A stretch of 63,538 bases of DNA, filler included, from Octopus bimaculoides (lineage: Eukaryota): NCBI RefSeq assembly GCF_001194135.2. It is 7 parts of 7 records of this genome, joined end to end, with 100 filler letters (N's around TTAATTAATTAA, not from the genome) between each part and the next. Parts side by side here need not be neighbours in the genome. Positions count along the whole stretch, not along the records: positions 1 to 22,702 come from NC_068986.1; positions 22,803 to 29,595 come from NC_068987.1; 5 more parts are not named here. One strand, given 5' to 3'. Made by a program: the position numbers and the translations under genes. The notes beneath the pieces were generated by a model that was not told the DNA's origin, ran no database searches, and saw only the letters and a list, made by a program, of their open reading frames with translations. Positions 13,088-23,448 of the stretch are shown in pieces; positions within the stretch are counted from its first letter, which is position 1; the number at the start of each line of letters is the position of its first letter.

Positions 13088-13938
13088 NNNNNNNNNNNNN
13101 NNNNNNNNNNNNNNNNNNNNNNNNNNNNNNNNNNNNNNNNNNNNNNNNNNNNNNNNNNNNNNNNNNNNNNNNNNNNNNNNNNNNNNNNNNNNNNNNNNNN
13201 NNNNNNNNNNNNNNNNNNNNNNNNNNNNNNNNNNNNNNNNNNNNNNNNNNNNNNNNNNNNNNNNNNNNNNNNNNNNNNNNNNNNNNNNNNNNNNNNNNNN
13301 NNNNNNNNNNNNNNNNNNNNNNNNNNNNNNNNNNNNNNNNNNNNNNNNNNNNNNNNNNNNNNNNNNNNNNNNNNNNNNNNNNNNNNNNNNNNNNNNNNNN
13401 NNNNNNNNNNNNNNNNNNNNNNNNNNNNNNNNNNNNNNNNNNNNNNNNNNNNNNNNNNNNNNNNNNNNNNNNNNNNNNNNNNNNNNNNNNNNNNNNNNNN
13501 NNNNNNNNNNNNNNNNNNNNNNNNNNNNNNNNNNNNNNNNNNNNNNNNNNNNNNNNNNNNNNNNNNNNNNNNNNNNNNNNNNNNNNNNNNNNNNNNNNNN
13601 NNNNNNNNNNNNNNNNNNNNNNNNNNNNNNNNNNNNNNNNNNNNNNNNNNNNNNNNNNNNNNNNNNNNNNNNNNNNNNNNNNNNNNNNNNNNNNNNNNNN
13701 NNNNNNNNNNNNNNNGGGGGGGGGGTATGTGTGTGTGTGTGTGTGTGTGCGTATGCGTATGTAAGTGTGTGTATGCGTATGCATATGTGTGTATGTGTAT
13801 GTGTGCGTGTCTGTGAGTGTGCGTGTGTTTGAGCCTATTTATGCTTTTCTTTCTCTTTCTCTTTCTCTCTCTCTCTCTCCCCTTCTCTTTCTCTCACCCT
13901 TTTTTCTCTCTTCCCCTGTATGATATATATATCCTTTT

Positions 13939-14398
13939 ATTCTTTTATTCTTTTATTCTTGTACTTGTTTCAGTCATTTAGGCTGCGATCATTTTAGGGC
14001 ACCACCTTGAAGAATTTAAGTCGGATGGATGGAACCCAGTAATAATTTTTATTTATTTTTTTTAAAAGCCAGGTAACTTATTCTATTAGTCACTCTTGCC
14101 GAACCGCTAGATTACCGGGACGTGAACACTCCAACACTGCTTGTCAAGTGGTAGTGGGACACACACAGACGCACACACATACATACATACATACATACAT
14201 ACATACATACATACATACATACATACATACATACGTATTCCGCTCTCCAGTGATCTTCCTTATTCATACAGTTTCCGCTTACCAAAACCAGGCACAAGGC
14301 TTTAGTCGGCCCATGTCTAAAGTAGAAGACACTCGCTGAAGGTGCCACGCACTGAATCTGAACCCAGAACCATGTGGCTGGGAAGCAACTTTCTTACC
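13939..14398 (-). mobile_element. SINE family B (tRNA head, CORE-like segment, internal microsatellite)
   Basis: Reverse complement of the 28801 copy, with an internal (TACA)n run and a (TTTTATTC)n tail. Confidence 0.8.
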
Positions 14399-14481
14399 AA
14401 ACACACACACACACACACACACATAGACATGTGTGTGTCTGTTTGTGTGTGTATATATAGTATATATGCATACATATATGC

Positions 14482-14539
<58 letters not shown>

Positions 14540-14952
14540 CAGACATACAAACAGACAGACAGACAGACAGATAGTCACGAGGTATGTCAGAGAAACAGCA
14601 GCTCAAATGAGAACTCACAAAATTACGTAGTCTAAACTTTATAACGCTCCGATAACAAGAGGCACTACGAATATTGTATGTCTGCGCGCGTGTGCGTGTG
14701 CGTATGCGCGTGCGCGTGTGTGTGTGTGCGTGTATATGAGAGAGAGAGAGAGAGAAATAAACAAATAGCTAAACGAATAAAGAAATAAACGAATAACTGG
14801 TGGAGATGGTGCCGTGAGAGTCATTAAACAGGGTATTCATGATGTTAGCTGCTGTGTGCCAAACAGATAATGCACGCAGTAAACAGCACAATAAAGTAGG
14901 TAATCTTAAGCAGCTAAACAAAGTGGCTAAAATAAATGACATTCTCAGCTGT

Positions 14953-15024
14953 TCCTCGGTAGTATAGTGGTAAGTATCCCCGCCTGTCACGCGGGAGACC
15001 GGGGTTCGATTCCCCGCCGGGGAG
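14953..15024 (+). tRNA. tRNA-Asp (GUC)
   Basis: 72 nt: TCCTCGG TA GTAT AGTGGTA AGTAT C CCCGC CTGTCAC GCGGG AGAC CGGGG TTCGATT CCCCG CCGGGGA G. Acceptor, anticodon and T stems pair; A and B boxes present; T12 follows. Confidence 0.97.
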
Positions 15025-15029
15025 GCCAG

Positions 15030-15041
15030 TTTTTTTTTTTT
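15030..15041 (+). terminator. Pol III oligo-dT terminator of tRNA-Asp copy 1
   Basis: T12 run starting 6 nt after the discriminator base. Confidence 0.85.
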
Positions 15042-15210
15042 AATTCTTTGAGTTTTAGTTGAGAAAGCCGACGAGTACTTATTCTATTAGTATTTGTTTC
15101 GCATGATTTTAAAGTGAAATCATGTTGAAACAGATATAGTTATATTCGGGGATTGTCTTATTTTATCAGTTGAAACAAACACTTTATATTCAGTCTTCGT
15201 TTCAGCTTCA

Positions 15211-15570
15211 TTGCCTTCGCTAAGACGTAGGTATTGTTTTCAGTCGTGTTTGCTTGTTTGTCCGTGGACAAGATATATCAAGAACCGCTGGATGGATTCC
15301 GATGAAACTTTCAGGCATGTTTGGCCCCATGATTGGCACGAACTGATTAGGTTTTGGGATCGATCCGGTACTGGACAAGGATTCTGGATTATTTTTCCGT
15401 TTTTTTTTTTACTTAATTTTTGAGAACGGTCAGGTTCATTTTTAGTATCCTCGTTTGTGACAGCAGTCGAGTTTATTTCAGATATTCACATTTTAAAAAT
15501 CATCTCTGGCTAATCGTTGGGGGGACGTTGGTATTGTCTTGACGGAGTTTTGCGCTCTCTGGGTGCTCTT
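15211..15570 (+). mobile_element. Non-autonomous Helentron/DINE-like (HINE-type) element
   Basis: Starts TTGCCTTCGCTAAGACGTAGG followed by GTTTGCTTGTTTGTCCGT. Contains GGATGGATTCCGATGAAACTT. Ends CTTGACGGAGTTTTGCGCTCTCTGGGTGCTCT (subterminal IR plus 3' hairpin). Assignment is from recalled architecture. Confidence 0.55.
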
Positions 15571-16800
15571 ATCATTATCATTACTTTAGTTCCTTTGTCA
15601 AAGCTTTTGTATCTTTTCTGTTTGGCTTCACTTTTTGAATATTCAAAGTTCAGTGAAATTTTTCAAATTTGGTGCATTAATGTAATTTTTTATGCTGAGT
15701 CTCAGGGCCTAATTCACTTGTTCCAATTTTTTTTTCTTTAAGTTACAGAGATTTAAGGCTTCATAATTTTTACCCAGTCAGAAACAGGATTTGGAAGCTG
15801 TCATTTTGTGCGTGACCACAATCGTAAGACGATTGTGGTCTTACATAATAATAATGTCAACATTGCGACGATAGCATGTGTTTTAAGCATTTAATAAGTA
15901 AAAAGGGACCAAAAGATCAATAAATAACACATATTTTGTAGTTTCAAGCATTCAGTATACATTTTATGCGAAAAAAAAAGATTAAGCACATTTTGTAGTG
16001 TACAAGCAAGAACACGAGCGGTTTTCCGTAAACTCATTTGGAACTCTCCAACGCTTCTTACTATGGAAACAGACACCTATTTGTCTGTGGGTTTTGATTT
16101 GTTAAAATTACCCCAAATTTACAAACTTTAAAAGTTATTAACTGCTTATTTATTGAATTGTATCGAAAATTAATTTCCTCTCAAAAGAGGTCATAGTGAG
16201 TGCACTGGTTAAATTTCATGAAAGAACATATGTGATTGCAGTGAAAGTCGATATCATTCTAGAATGAACAGTAATCGAACACGCGCATGCAGGAATTTCG
16301 TTCGATGTTTAATAAATAAGTTTACACAAAAGAGTAAGATGACAAGGCAATTATTTTGAATAAGTAAAAGTGAAATAAAATATTAACATTAACGAATAAA
16401 TGGCACTAATTGGCGGTCAATCAACTCTGGGAGTATTTTCTCTCAATTGACAATAGAAAACGACAAATTGATTGGTAATTGAACGTGGAAATTTGGGTGA
16501 CAAATATCTAAAACTTTAGCTAACAGTTTCTTATATATGACAAAAAATGAGCGGTATTTTTCGACTTTTGCGTGTCTCACTTGATTTGACTCGTACACGC
16601 CCATTATTTATTCTTTAATTCCATTTCATGAAGAAGGAATATTAGTATCAACATTTCAAATTACGAGTTATTTTTTTATCAGTAAGCATAATTGAACGAT
16701 ATTTTAGCAAATTCTTATCATTTTTACGAATTTTACAGATCGAATTCATCGGTTACATTCTTAAAAAAAGCACTATTCGGTCGGTTCTGGTAGCATTCTC

Positions 16801-18639
16801 ATGTCTTTTCTAGGGTGTCTTCCTGTTGCTGGTCTAACAAGGCCTTTCATTACAGCCCCCAGGAGGATTACGCATCACACCTACATATCATTGGCAACAT
16901 GTCTACGTTGTAACGCAATGAGGTGGCCAGCAGAATCTACTGGTATTTGGTGCTCAAATGGAAGGGTTAGCTTGCCTCATCTGCAAGTCGGTGCCGAACC
17001 TTTGAAGTCCCAGCTGCTCGGAGACCATCCAGATTCTAAACACTTTCTTCAGAATATAAGAGCCTACAATTCCGCTTTCCAAATGACAAGCTTTGGTTAC
17101 ACATCAATAAGAGATGGAAATTATATGTCCACCTTCAATGTACAAGGCCAAATTTACCACCAAATTGGCTCCCTTATTCCATAAGATGACGATGAACACA
17201 GCTTTCTCCAGATTTACTTTAAGGGGAACGGACCTGAGGAAACTGCACGAAGAGCTACAGGAACAAGACCATCTCTTCAGCAACCCTTCAATATATGCTT
17301 CATACCATAAGCCCCTACGCAATCATTTTCAAAACTGCTCTTCAGGGTAGAGATACTAACACCAATCAGTTTAAGGCTGTCATTCGAGGTGACTGCGCTC
17401 CACCAGGGCCAGCATCACAGTTGCTTTAACAAACCCCAAGCCGACGAAGTTGCGGTGCTTATAACAAGTCTCAATCAGTGTACTTCAAACCGTGAGATTG
17501 TTCTTGAATGGCAAGTCTCACGTCTTCAAAATATAAATGAACTTAATCCTGCGTATGATACCCTCCAATATCCATTACTGTTCCCCTATGATGACGATGG
17601 CCACCGCACTTACTTGCCAAAGTTTAATCCGAAAACGTTAATGCATCTTCAATCACGGAAAACCAATTCACAGATGGAATTTTATGCATTTCGGCTTATG
17701 GTTGGCAACAATGACATCAACATTTTTCATAGAACTCAGATACTCCTCAATCAATACTGCATAGACGTATTTGCTAAGGTAGATATTTCTTATTTTATGA
17801 TTTCTTTCTGAGAGAATGAGGCACTTTGTAACCGGCACTTACTAAGGAGACATGCTACGACGCTACCAGGCTTCTATCCTACGTTGAAGAAAGAGAAAAA
17901 TTTTTGAATCCTGAACAATCTGTTGTCTATAATTCTACTTTGACAATGCGTCTTTGCGATGAAAAGAGTCCAATTACCCATTCGATTAAACTTTGCTATA
18001 ACCATTAACAAAGCCCAAGGTCAGTCACTAAAAGTGGTTGGGCTGGACCTCAGTAAACCAAGCTTTTCACACGGCGAGCTGTACGTGGGGTGTTCCATAG
18101 TAGGAAACTCAGCGAATCTCTTCTACTACGTGGTTTACAAGGCAGCCCTCCAATAGTTTTTCCGTTGAGTTGAAATCTTCTTCAGGTTGGCCCTTATTGC
18201 GCTTATATACTCCTCATGATAGGTTATGTTAATCTTCCAACAAATGCCCGCTGTTAAAGTCAAACATCTTTTTATTTCAATGCACTGCTTCCCAGATGCC
18301 ACGCATAATTTCATATTGCAATTAAACATATTTCTTACAGATTGCCTTAATGTCCATAGAAATGTCGTGTATGCTTTTTGTACCGATTCTTCAGCCACCC
18401 TGTCAATGAAACGGCATTCCGAACGATAATTTTCCATAGTTTCACATTTTAATACCCGATATCTGCAAATAAAACATGTTCCTTTTTGAATACCACTTAT
18501 TTTTGATTTAATGTCTCAACTATGTCATATAATCCTCAATTTTAAGCATGGACAGAAGCGGAATTACACCTTTTTAGACTTCAGTTCTATCATGAACTTA
18601 CACCGTCCAATGGACGGTGGGGGGGGGGGCGTTTGCTAG
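16801..18639 (+). mobile_element. Internally deleted Helitron (Rep N-terminal region, Pif1 helicase C-terminus, intact 3' end); 5' end not located
   Basis: HFLQNIRAYNSAFQMTSFG..F.VQGQIYHQIGSLIP; AYDTLQYPLLFP..EFYAFRLM..LLNQYCID; [38 protein letters not shown]. Hairpin CACCGTCCA-A-TGGACGGTG at 18601-18619, then CTAG|T at 18636-18640. Confidence 0.92.
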
Positions 18640-18706
18640 TTATATATAAAGAGTAATACAGGAAGAGCAAAATGAAAAATTAATGGAATTTAAAAAGTTA
18701 ATTAGC

Positions 18707-18778
18707 CTCCCCGGCGGGGAATCGAACCGCTGTCCCCCGCGTGACAGGCGGGGATACTTACCACTATACTACCAAGGA
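18707..18778 (-). pseudogene. tRNA-Asp (GUC) copy with disrupted T-stem (probable pseudogene or variant)
   Basis: Four substitutions relative to the other copies. The 5' T-stem strand is AGCGG instead of CGGGG, giving two mismatches. Anticodon GTC and B box are retained; T5 downstream. Confidence 0.8.
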
Positions 18779-18941
18779 AGGGACGGTGGAAGCTTCTATT
18801 TTAACTCCTTTCATAAATTACAGCAAGTTAGGATAGAATGCAAGGTTAACTTCAGGAGATTCGAACTCAGAGCGCAGAGAACAAGTACAAATAGCGAAAG
18901 TTATATTCTATTCATCGAACTAAAAGTTCACCATCAAATTA

Positions 18942-19579
18942 GGCACTATCATGCTATTAGCTGTCAGAAGTGAAAGTGCTCACTGCTAGTGAAGTATCTG
19001 TCTGTCTGTCTGCCTACCTGTTGCTGGCCTGTCGATTCTTTGGCTACTGACAGCTAATACCATGACTGGCCGGAGCGAGCTATATGTCTGTCTGTCTCTC
19101 TCTCTCTCTATCTATCTATCTATTACTCGAAAGTTATTGGAACAAATTCGACACCTATATCCATGCGTTTGCAAACACAACACAGAGTATAAGGGTACTC
19201 GCGTCCGCGCTAGCTAGTCGTGAGTGGTCGATCCTATTATTTTTAAACTTCAAACTTCATTTGTTTTCTATTTTGATAAATTCTCTCTGTTGAAAATTAT
19301 ATTTTTATATTTTAAATAATTTGCAATTTCAGGAAATATGTTTTTATATTAAATTTGTGTTTTCTAATAAGGTGGACGAGTGATTGATAGATAGGTAGAT
19401 AGTAGATAGATATCAGTAAGTAAGTAAGCCAATAGTTCGCTCCGGCCAGTCATGGTATTAGCTGTCAGTAGCCAAAGAATCAACTCAAACCAGCAACAGG
19501 CAGGCAGACAGGCAGACAGACAGACACTTCACTAGCAGTGAGCACTTTCACTTCTGACAGCTAATAGCATGATAATGCC
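18942..19579. mobile_element. MITE with ~140-bp TIRs, GG...CC termini and 8-bp TSD TCAAATTA (Merlin- or MULE-like)
   Basis: TCAAATTA|GGCACTATCATGCTATTAGCTGTCAGAAG... and ...CTTCTGACAGCTAATAGCATGATAATGCC|TCAAATTA. Arms about 18942-19084 and 19432-19579. Confidence 0.85.
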
Positions 19580-19652
19580 TCAAATTATATATAAGTAATA
19601 CAGGAAGAACAAAATGAGAAAAAAAAATGAACGGAATTAAAAGATAAATGGC

Positions 19653-19724
19653 CTCCCCGGCGGGGAATCGAACCCCGGTCTCCCGCGTGACAGGCGGGGA
19701 TACTTACCACTATACTACCGAGGA
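19653..19724 (-). tRNA. tRNA-Asp (GUC)
   Basis: Identical to 14953-15024 on the opposite strand. T4 and T9 runs lie downstream. Confidence 0.97.
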
Positions 19725-20029
19725 TAGCTCATCAAATGTTCCTATTTTAAGTCCTTTGATAAGTTGCTGCAGATTAGCTTACTTCGGTATGTTATTTTTT
19801 TATTTATTTTCGAGCGTAGAATTAGGTCGTATTCGTCATCTATTATGACTCTATTTACGTGCGAGATAAATTATAGGAATGTCATGATACCTAAGTACTT
19901 GGCAACTATTTTATTGTCTTTATATTCTTTTAAATAAATGCGCTTTTATTTTATGAGGACATTTATATAATAATTAAAAAAAGTAGAAGAGCGGGGTCAA
20001 TGGGCCACATATCCAGGAACAAATAGTGT

Positions 20030-20640
20030 GCTCAGTCGCGTCTCGTGGTAATGACCGCGATGACGTTGCCACAGGGAGAATGGACAGCTACACTCGCTGC
20101 AGTAGCAGACACTCAACTTCGCGGGGCTCATTTCTCAGACGGGCCGTCGTTGTCCCTATTTTGCGGGGGTAATCAGTAGTACGGGGCCCTAGAACAGTGC
20201 GTCGCAACCGATATGCCATGGCACACTGGTATGCTACGAGACGATGCTAGGTGTGCCGCATTGTAAACTGAATATAATTCTTTTCCCTATACTTTTAGTT
20301 ATATTTTTAATTCAGTTGTGCCGCCGAATTTTGAAAAGAATATAAGTGTACCGCAAGTGAAAAAAGGTTGCGGAGCACTGTCCTAGAATACCTAACGTAA
20401 CGACAGCGACCGGCACAAACTGATAGTGGCTGGCCGGGCCCCTGTATTTATTAATCTTTCTCTCTTCTGTGTTACTGAAGGTGACACCCCGGTTTGTAGC
20501 AGATGGTGTAAGGTTCGAGCCGGAGAACGTGTCACAGTACGTCGTATCCCAACATCGGCCGTTTTTCATCTCAGGATGTAAGCTATAGTTTCTAAATATC
20601 AAAGGTATTTTCTACCGACCCACTTCCGGGAATAAGACTG
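20030..20640 (-). mobile_element. CRE-like (restriction-like endonuclease) non-LTR retrotransposon 3' fossil
   Basis: KNGRCWDTTYCDTF..SNL..AT..EERKINKY.G..SHYQFVPVAVVTLGILG. Continues beyond the hAT MITE as P...KIG...LQRV..SIL.GNVIAV. Confidence 0.75.
20195..20380. mobile_element. hAT (Charlie/Buster-type) MITE, 186 bp
   Basis: TIRs CAGTGCGTCGCAACC / GGTTGCGGAGCACTG. 8-bp TSD (C/T)CCTAGAA with central TA. Confidence 0.85.
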
Positions 20641-20721
20641 AGGAAATTTTCCAAGGGATTCTTTCTACATTATCATATAATTGGATAGCACCAGAATGTT
20701 AATTACACCTAAACTGCAAAA

Positions 20722-20900
20722 GCCCGGTGCGTAATAGATAAAGTGTTCTTTTCACAATCATATGATCGTGGTTTCGATTCGTATGCAAGGAGGCGCATTG
20801 TGTCCTTAAATAAGGTATTTTTATTTCACGTTGTCCAGTTCAGTCAGCTAAAATGAATACCAGTCGAGTGTTAGTGTGCCCCTCTCTGACTCCAGCTGTC
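20722..20900 (+). mobile_element. Degenerate tRNA-headed SINE (C/D-like family)
   Basis: GGTTTCGATTC B-box-like, then GCATTGTGTCCTT...TATTTCACGTTG.CCAGT shared with the 37129 and 52977 copies. Confidence 0.55.
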
Positions 20901-21039
20901 ACTGTCTTGATGTCGTACTAGGTTGAGAGAGGGTCGAGAGAGTGTCTTTGTTTGCTCGCGACTCTACAGACTATATGGTTATAGACACGTCTTTGGTTAC
21001 ATCCATGCAATTCTTGGTTATATGCAAAAATAACAGATG

Positions 21040-21210
21040 ATCATTTTTTATTGTTTCACTTGCTGGATTGCACCCATACTGGGGCAACGCCTTCAAGGAT
21101 TTCGTCGAACAAATCGCCTCCAGTACATATTTTCTTTTAAAGTTTGGTATTTATTCTCTTTATTACAGGGAAGTAAACAAACCAGTATCGGTTGTCAAGC
21201 AGTGGTGGGG
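21040..21210 (-). mobile_element. SINE family B 3' fragment, degenerate
   Basis: CATACTGGGGCAACGCCTTCAAGG..GTCGAAC..ATCG; CCAGTATCGGTTGTCAAGC. Confidence 0.6.
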
Positions 21211-21213
21211 AAC

Positions 21214-21285
<72 letters not shown>

Positions 21286-22257
21286 CATATTTATATTTNN
21301 NNNNNNNNNNNNNNNNNNNNNNNNNNNNNNNNNNNNNNNNNNNNNNNNNNNNNNNNNNNNNNNNNNNNNNNNNNNNNNNNNNNNNNNNNNNNNNNNNNNN
21401 NNNNNNNNNNNNNNNNNNNNNNNNNNNNNNNNNNNNNNNNNNNNNNNNNNNNNNNNNNNNNNNNNNNNNNNNNNNNNNNNNNNNNNNNNNNNNNNNNNNN
21501 NNNNNNNNNNNNNNNNNNNNNNNNNNNNNNNNNNNNNNNNNNNNNNNNNNNNNNNNNNNNNNNNNNNNNNNNNNNNNNNNNNNNNNNNNNNNNNNNNNNN
21601 NNNNNNNNNNNNNNNNNNNNNNNNNNNNNNNNNNNNNNNNNNNNNNNNNNNNNNNNNNNNNNNNNNNNNNNNNNNNNNNNNNNNNNNNNNNNNNNNNNNN
21701 NNNNNNNNNNNNNNNNNNNNNNNNNNNNNNNNNNNNNNNNNNNNNNNNNNNNNNNNNNNNNNNNNNNNNNNNNNNNNNNNNNNNNNNNNNNNNNNNNNNN
21801 NNNNNNNNNNNNNNNNNNNNNNNNNNNNNNNNNNNNNNNNNNNNNNNNNNNNNNNNNNNNNNNNNNNNNNNNNNNNNNNNNNNNNNNNNNNNNNNNNNNN
21901 NNNNNNNNNNNNNNNNNNNNNNNNNNNNNNNNNNNNNNNNNNNNNNNNNNNNNNNNNNNNNNNNNNNNNNNNNNNNNNNNNNNNNNNNNNNNNNNNNNNN
22001 NNNNNNNNNNNNNNNNNNNNNNNNNNNNNNNNNNNNNNNNNNNNNNNNNNNNNNNNAAGTATTTTATTGTAAAATGAATATAAGATGGCATAAGACTACA
22101 AAGGAATATATTAGACTTTAAAAAAACTTTATAGATGTTGAAAGCGTCGTCTTTCATTTTCTACTTTTTTTCTGCCATGTGAGTATTTTCTAGGCTGATT
22201 TCAGCAGGATGAAAAAAATTCACTCTGGAGTTAGTTTTTGAACACACTGTGCGTGGG

Positions 22258-22295
<38 letters not shown>

Positions 22296-22299
22296 AATC

Positions 22300-22490
22300 C
22301 AAAAAGAACAAACACAAAAAAAAACAACGCAAGCACGTGGTACATATAATGTATTAGCAGACGCTCAGGAACAGAAAGAAGGATGGTTTAACGTTTCCAG
22401 TAGACACTCTTCTTTGGAAACAGAAGAAAGTCCAATAGAAGGGAAAACGGAGGAAGAAAATCGCTAACGATTCACGTGTAGTTACATATA
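22300..22490 (-). mobile_element. Short repeat family Z (Penelope-like tail type) with a degenerate hammerhead-like motif at 22386-22421
   Basis: Minus strand reads GTTT-CCAAAGA-A-GAGT(GTCT)ACTG-GAAA-CG-TT-AAAC. Only one copy in the window. Confidence 0.45.
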
Positions 22491-22565
22491 TATGTGTGTG
22501 TGACTATGTATATGGTGAAGCAACTATTGCTGATCCCTTAACTATGTTTATAAATATACATATAC

Positions 22566-22616
<51 letters not shown>

Positions 22617-22746
22617 TGTATGTTTGTATGTATGTATATATATATGTATATATATGTATGTATATATATATATGTACATATATATATATATATATATATA
22701 TANNNNNNNNNNNNNNNNNNNNNNNNNNNNNNNNNNNNNNNNNNNN

Positions 22747-22758
22747 TTAATTAATTAA
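22747..22758. other. Assembly gap spacer TTAATTAATTAA (also 29640-29651, 39473-39484, 55041-55052, 59341-59352, 61657-61668)
   Basis: Same 12-mer each time, embedded in N runs (44 N + 12 + 44 N = 100 bp at this site). It gives stop codons in all six frames. Confidence 0.95.
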
Positions 22759-22802
22759 NNNNNNNNNNNNNNNNNNNNNNNNNNNNNNNNNNNNNNNNNN
22801 NN

Positions 22803-23110
22803 GAGTTTTTTGTGTTGATGGCAGTGAGCATTGTGTGTGTGCTTACTTTTGGGGTTTTGTTGCTTGTGTTGTTGTCGTGTGTGCTTGTGTTCGTGTCTGG
22901 AGTGTTTTCGGGAGTTGTGTATCTCCCTGCTTTGTTTGTGTTTGCTTTTCTTTTCTTGCTCCTCTTGCTCCTTCCTTTCTGGGCTATTTGCCAGTCCTCA
23001 TTACTTTCGTCTTCCGACGAAGGTTCCGAGGAATCGGAAGGGGGCAGGGGCATGTCGTGTGGATCTGTGTTTGTTTGTGTAAGTGGTTGTGTTGTTGTTT
23101 TTGTTGTTGT
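22803..23110 (-). mobile_element. Possible LINE ORF1 N-terminal region, cut by a gap
   Basis: Open frame MPLPPSDSSEPSSEDESNEDWQIAQKGRSKRSKKRK..: an acidic patch, then W-x-x-x-x-K/R-rich, as often seen in LINE ORF1. No diagnostic domain. Confidence 0.3.
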
Positions 23111-23318
23111 TGGTAGATAGATAGATAGACGGATGGATAGATAGATGAAAGACACTGATAGACAGAGAGACAGATATGTGTGTGTGTCTGTGTCACTGTC
23201 TCCTTGTATGCGCACCTCAGTTGTCTATGTCACTAACTGTCTCTCTATCTATCTACCTACCTCCTTATCTATTTATCTATCTATCTATCTATCTATCTAA
23301 CTGAATGTGTGTGTGCGC

Positions 23319-23352
<34 letters not shown>

Positions 23353-23448
23353 ATATATGTATGCCTCAGTCAATCATTTCTTTATTGCTTGTGTGTGTGT
23401 AGGAGCAGGTCAGTTAGATATAGATACGTACATATATGATAGAATTTA

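Noticed and set aside
18935-19586. Reading the MITE as AG..CT termini with a 6-bp TSD (Polinton-like)
   Set aside because: The direct repeat extends to 8 bp (TCAAATTA), and there are no Polinton-type terminal repeats or genes.
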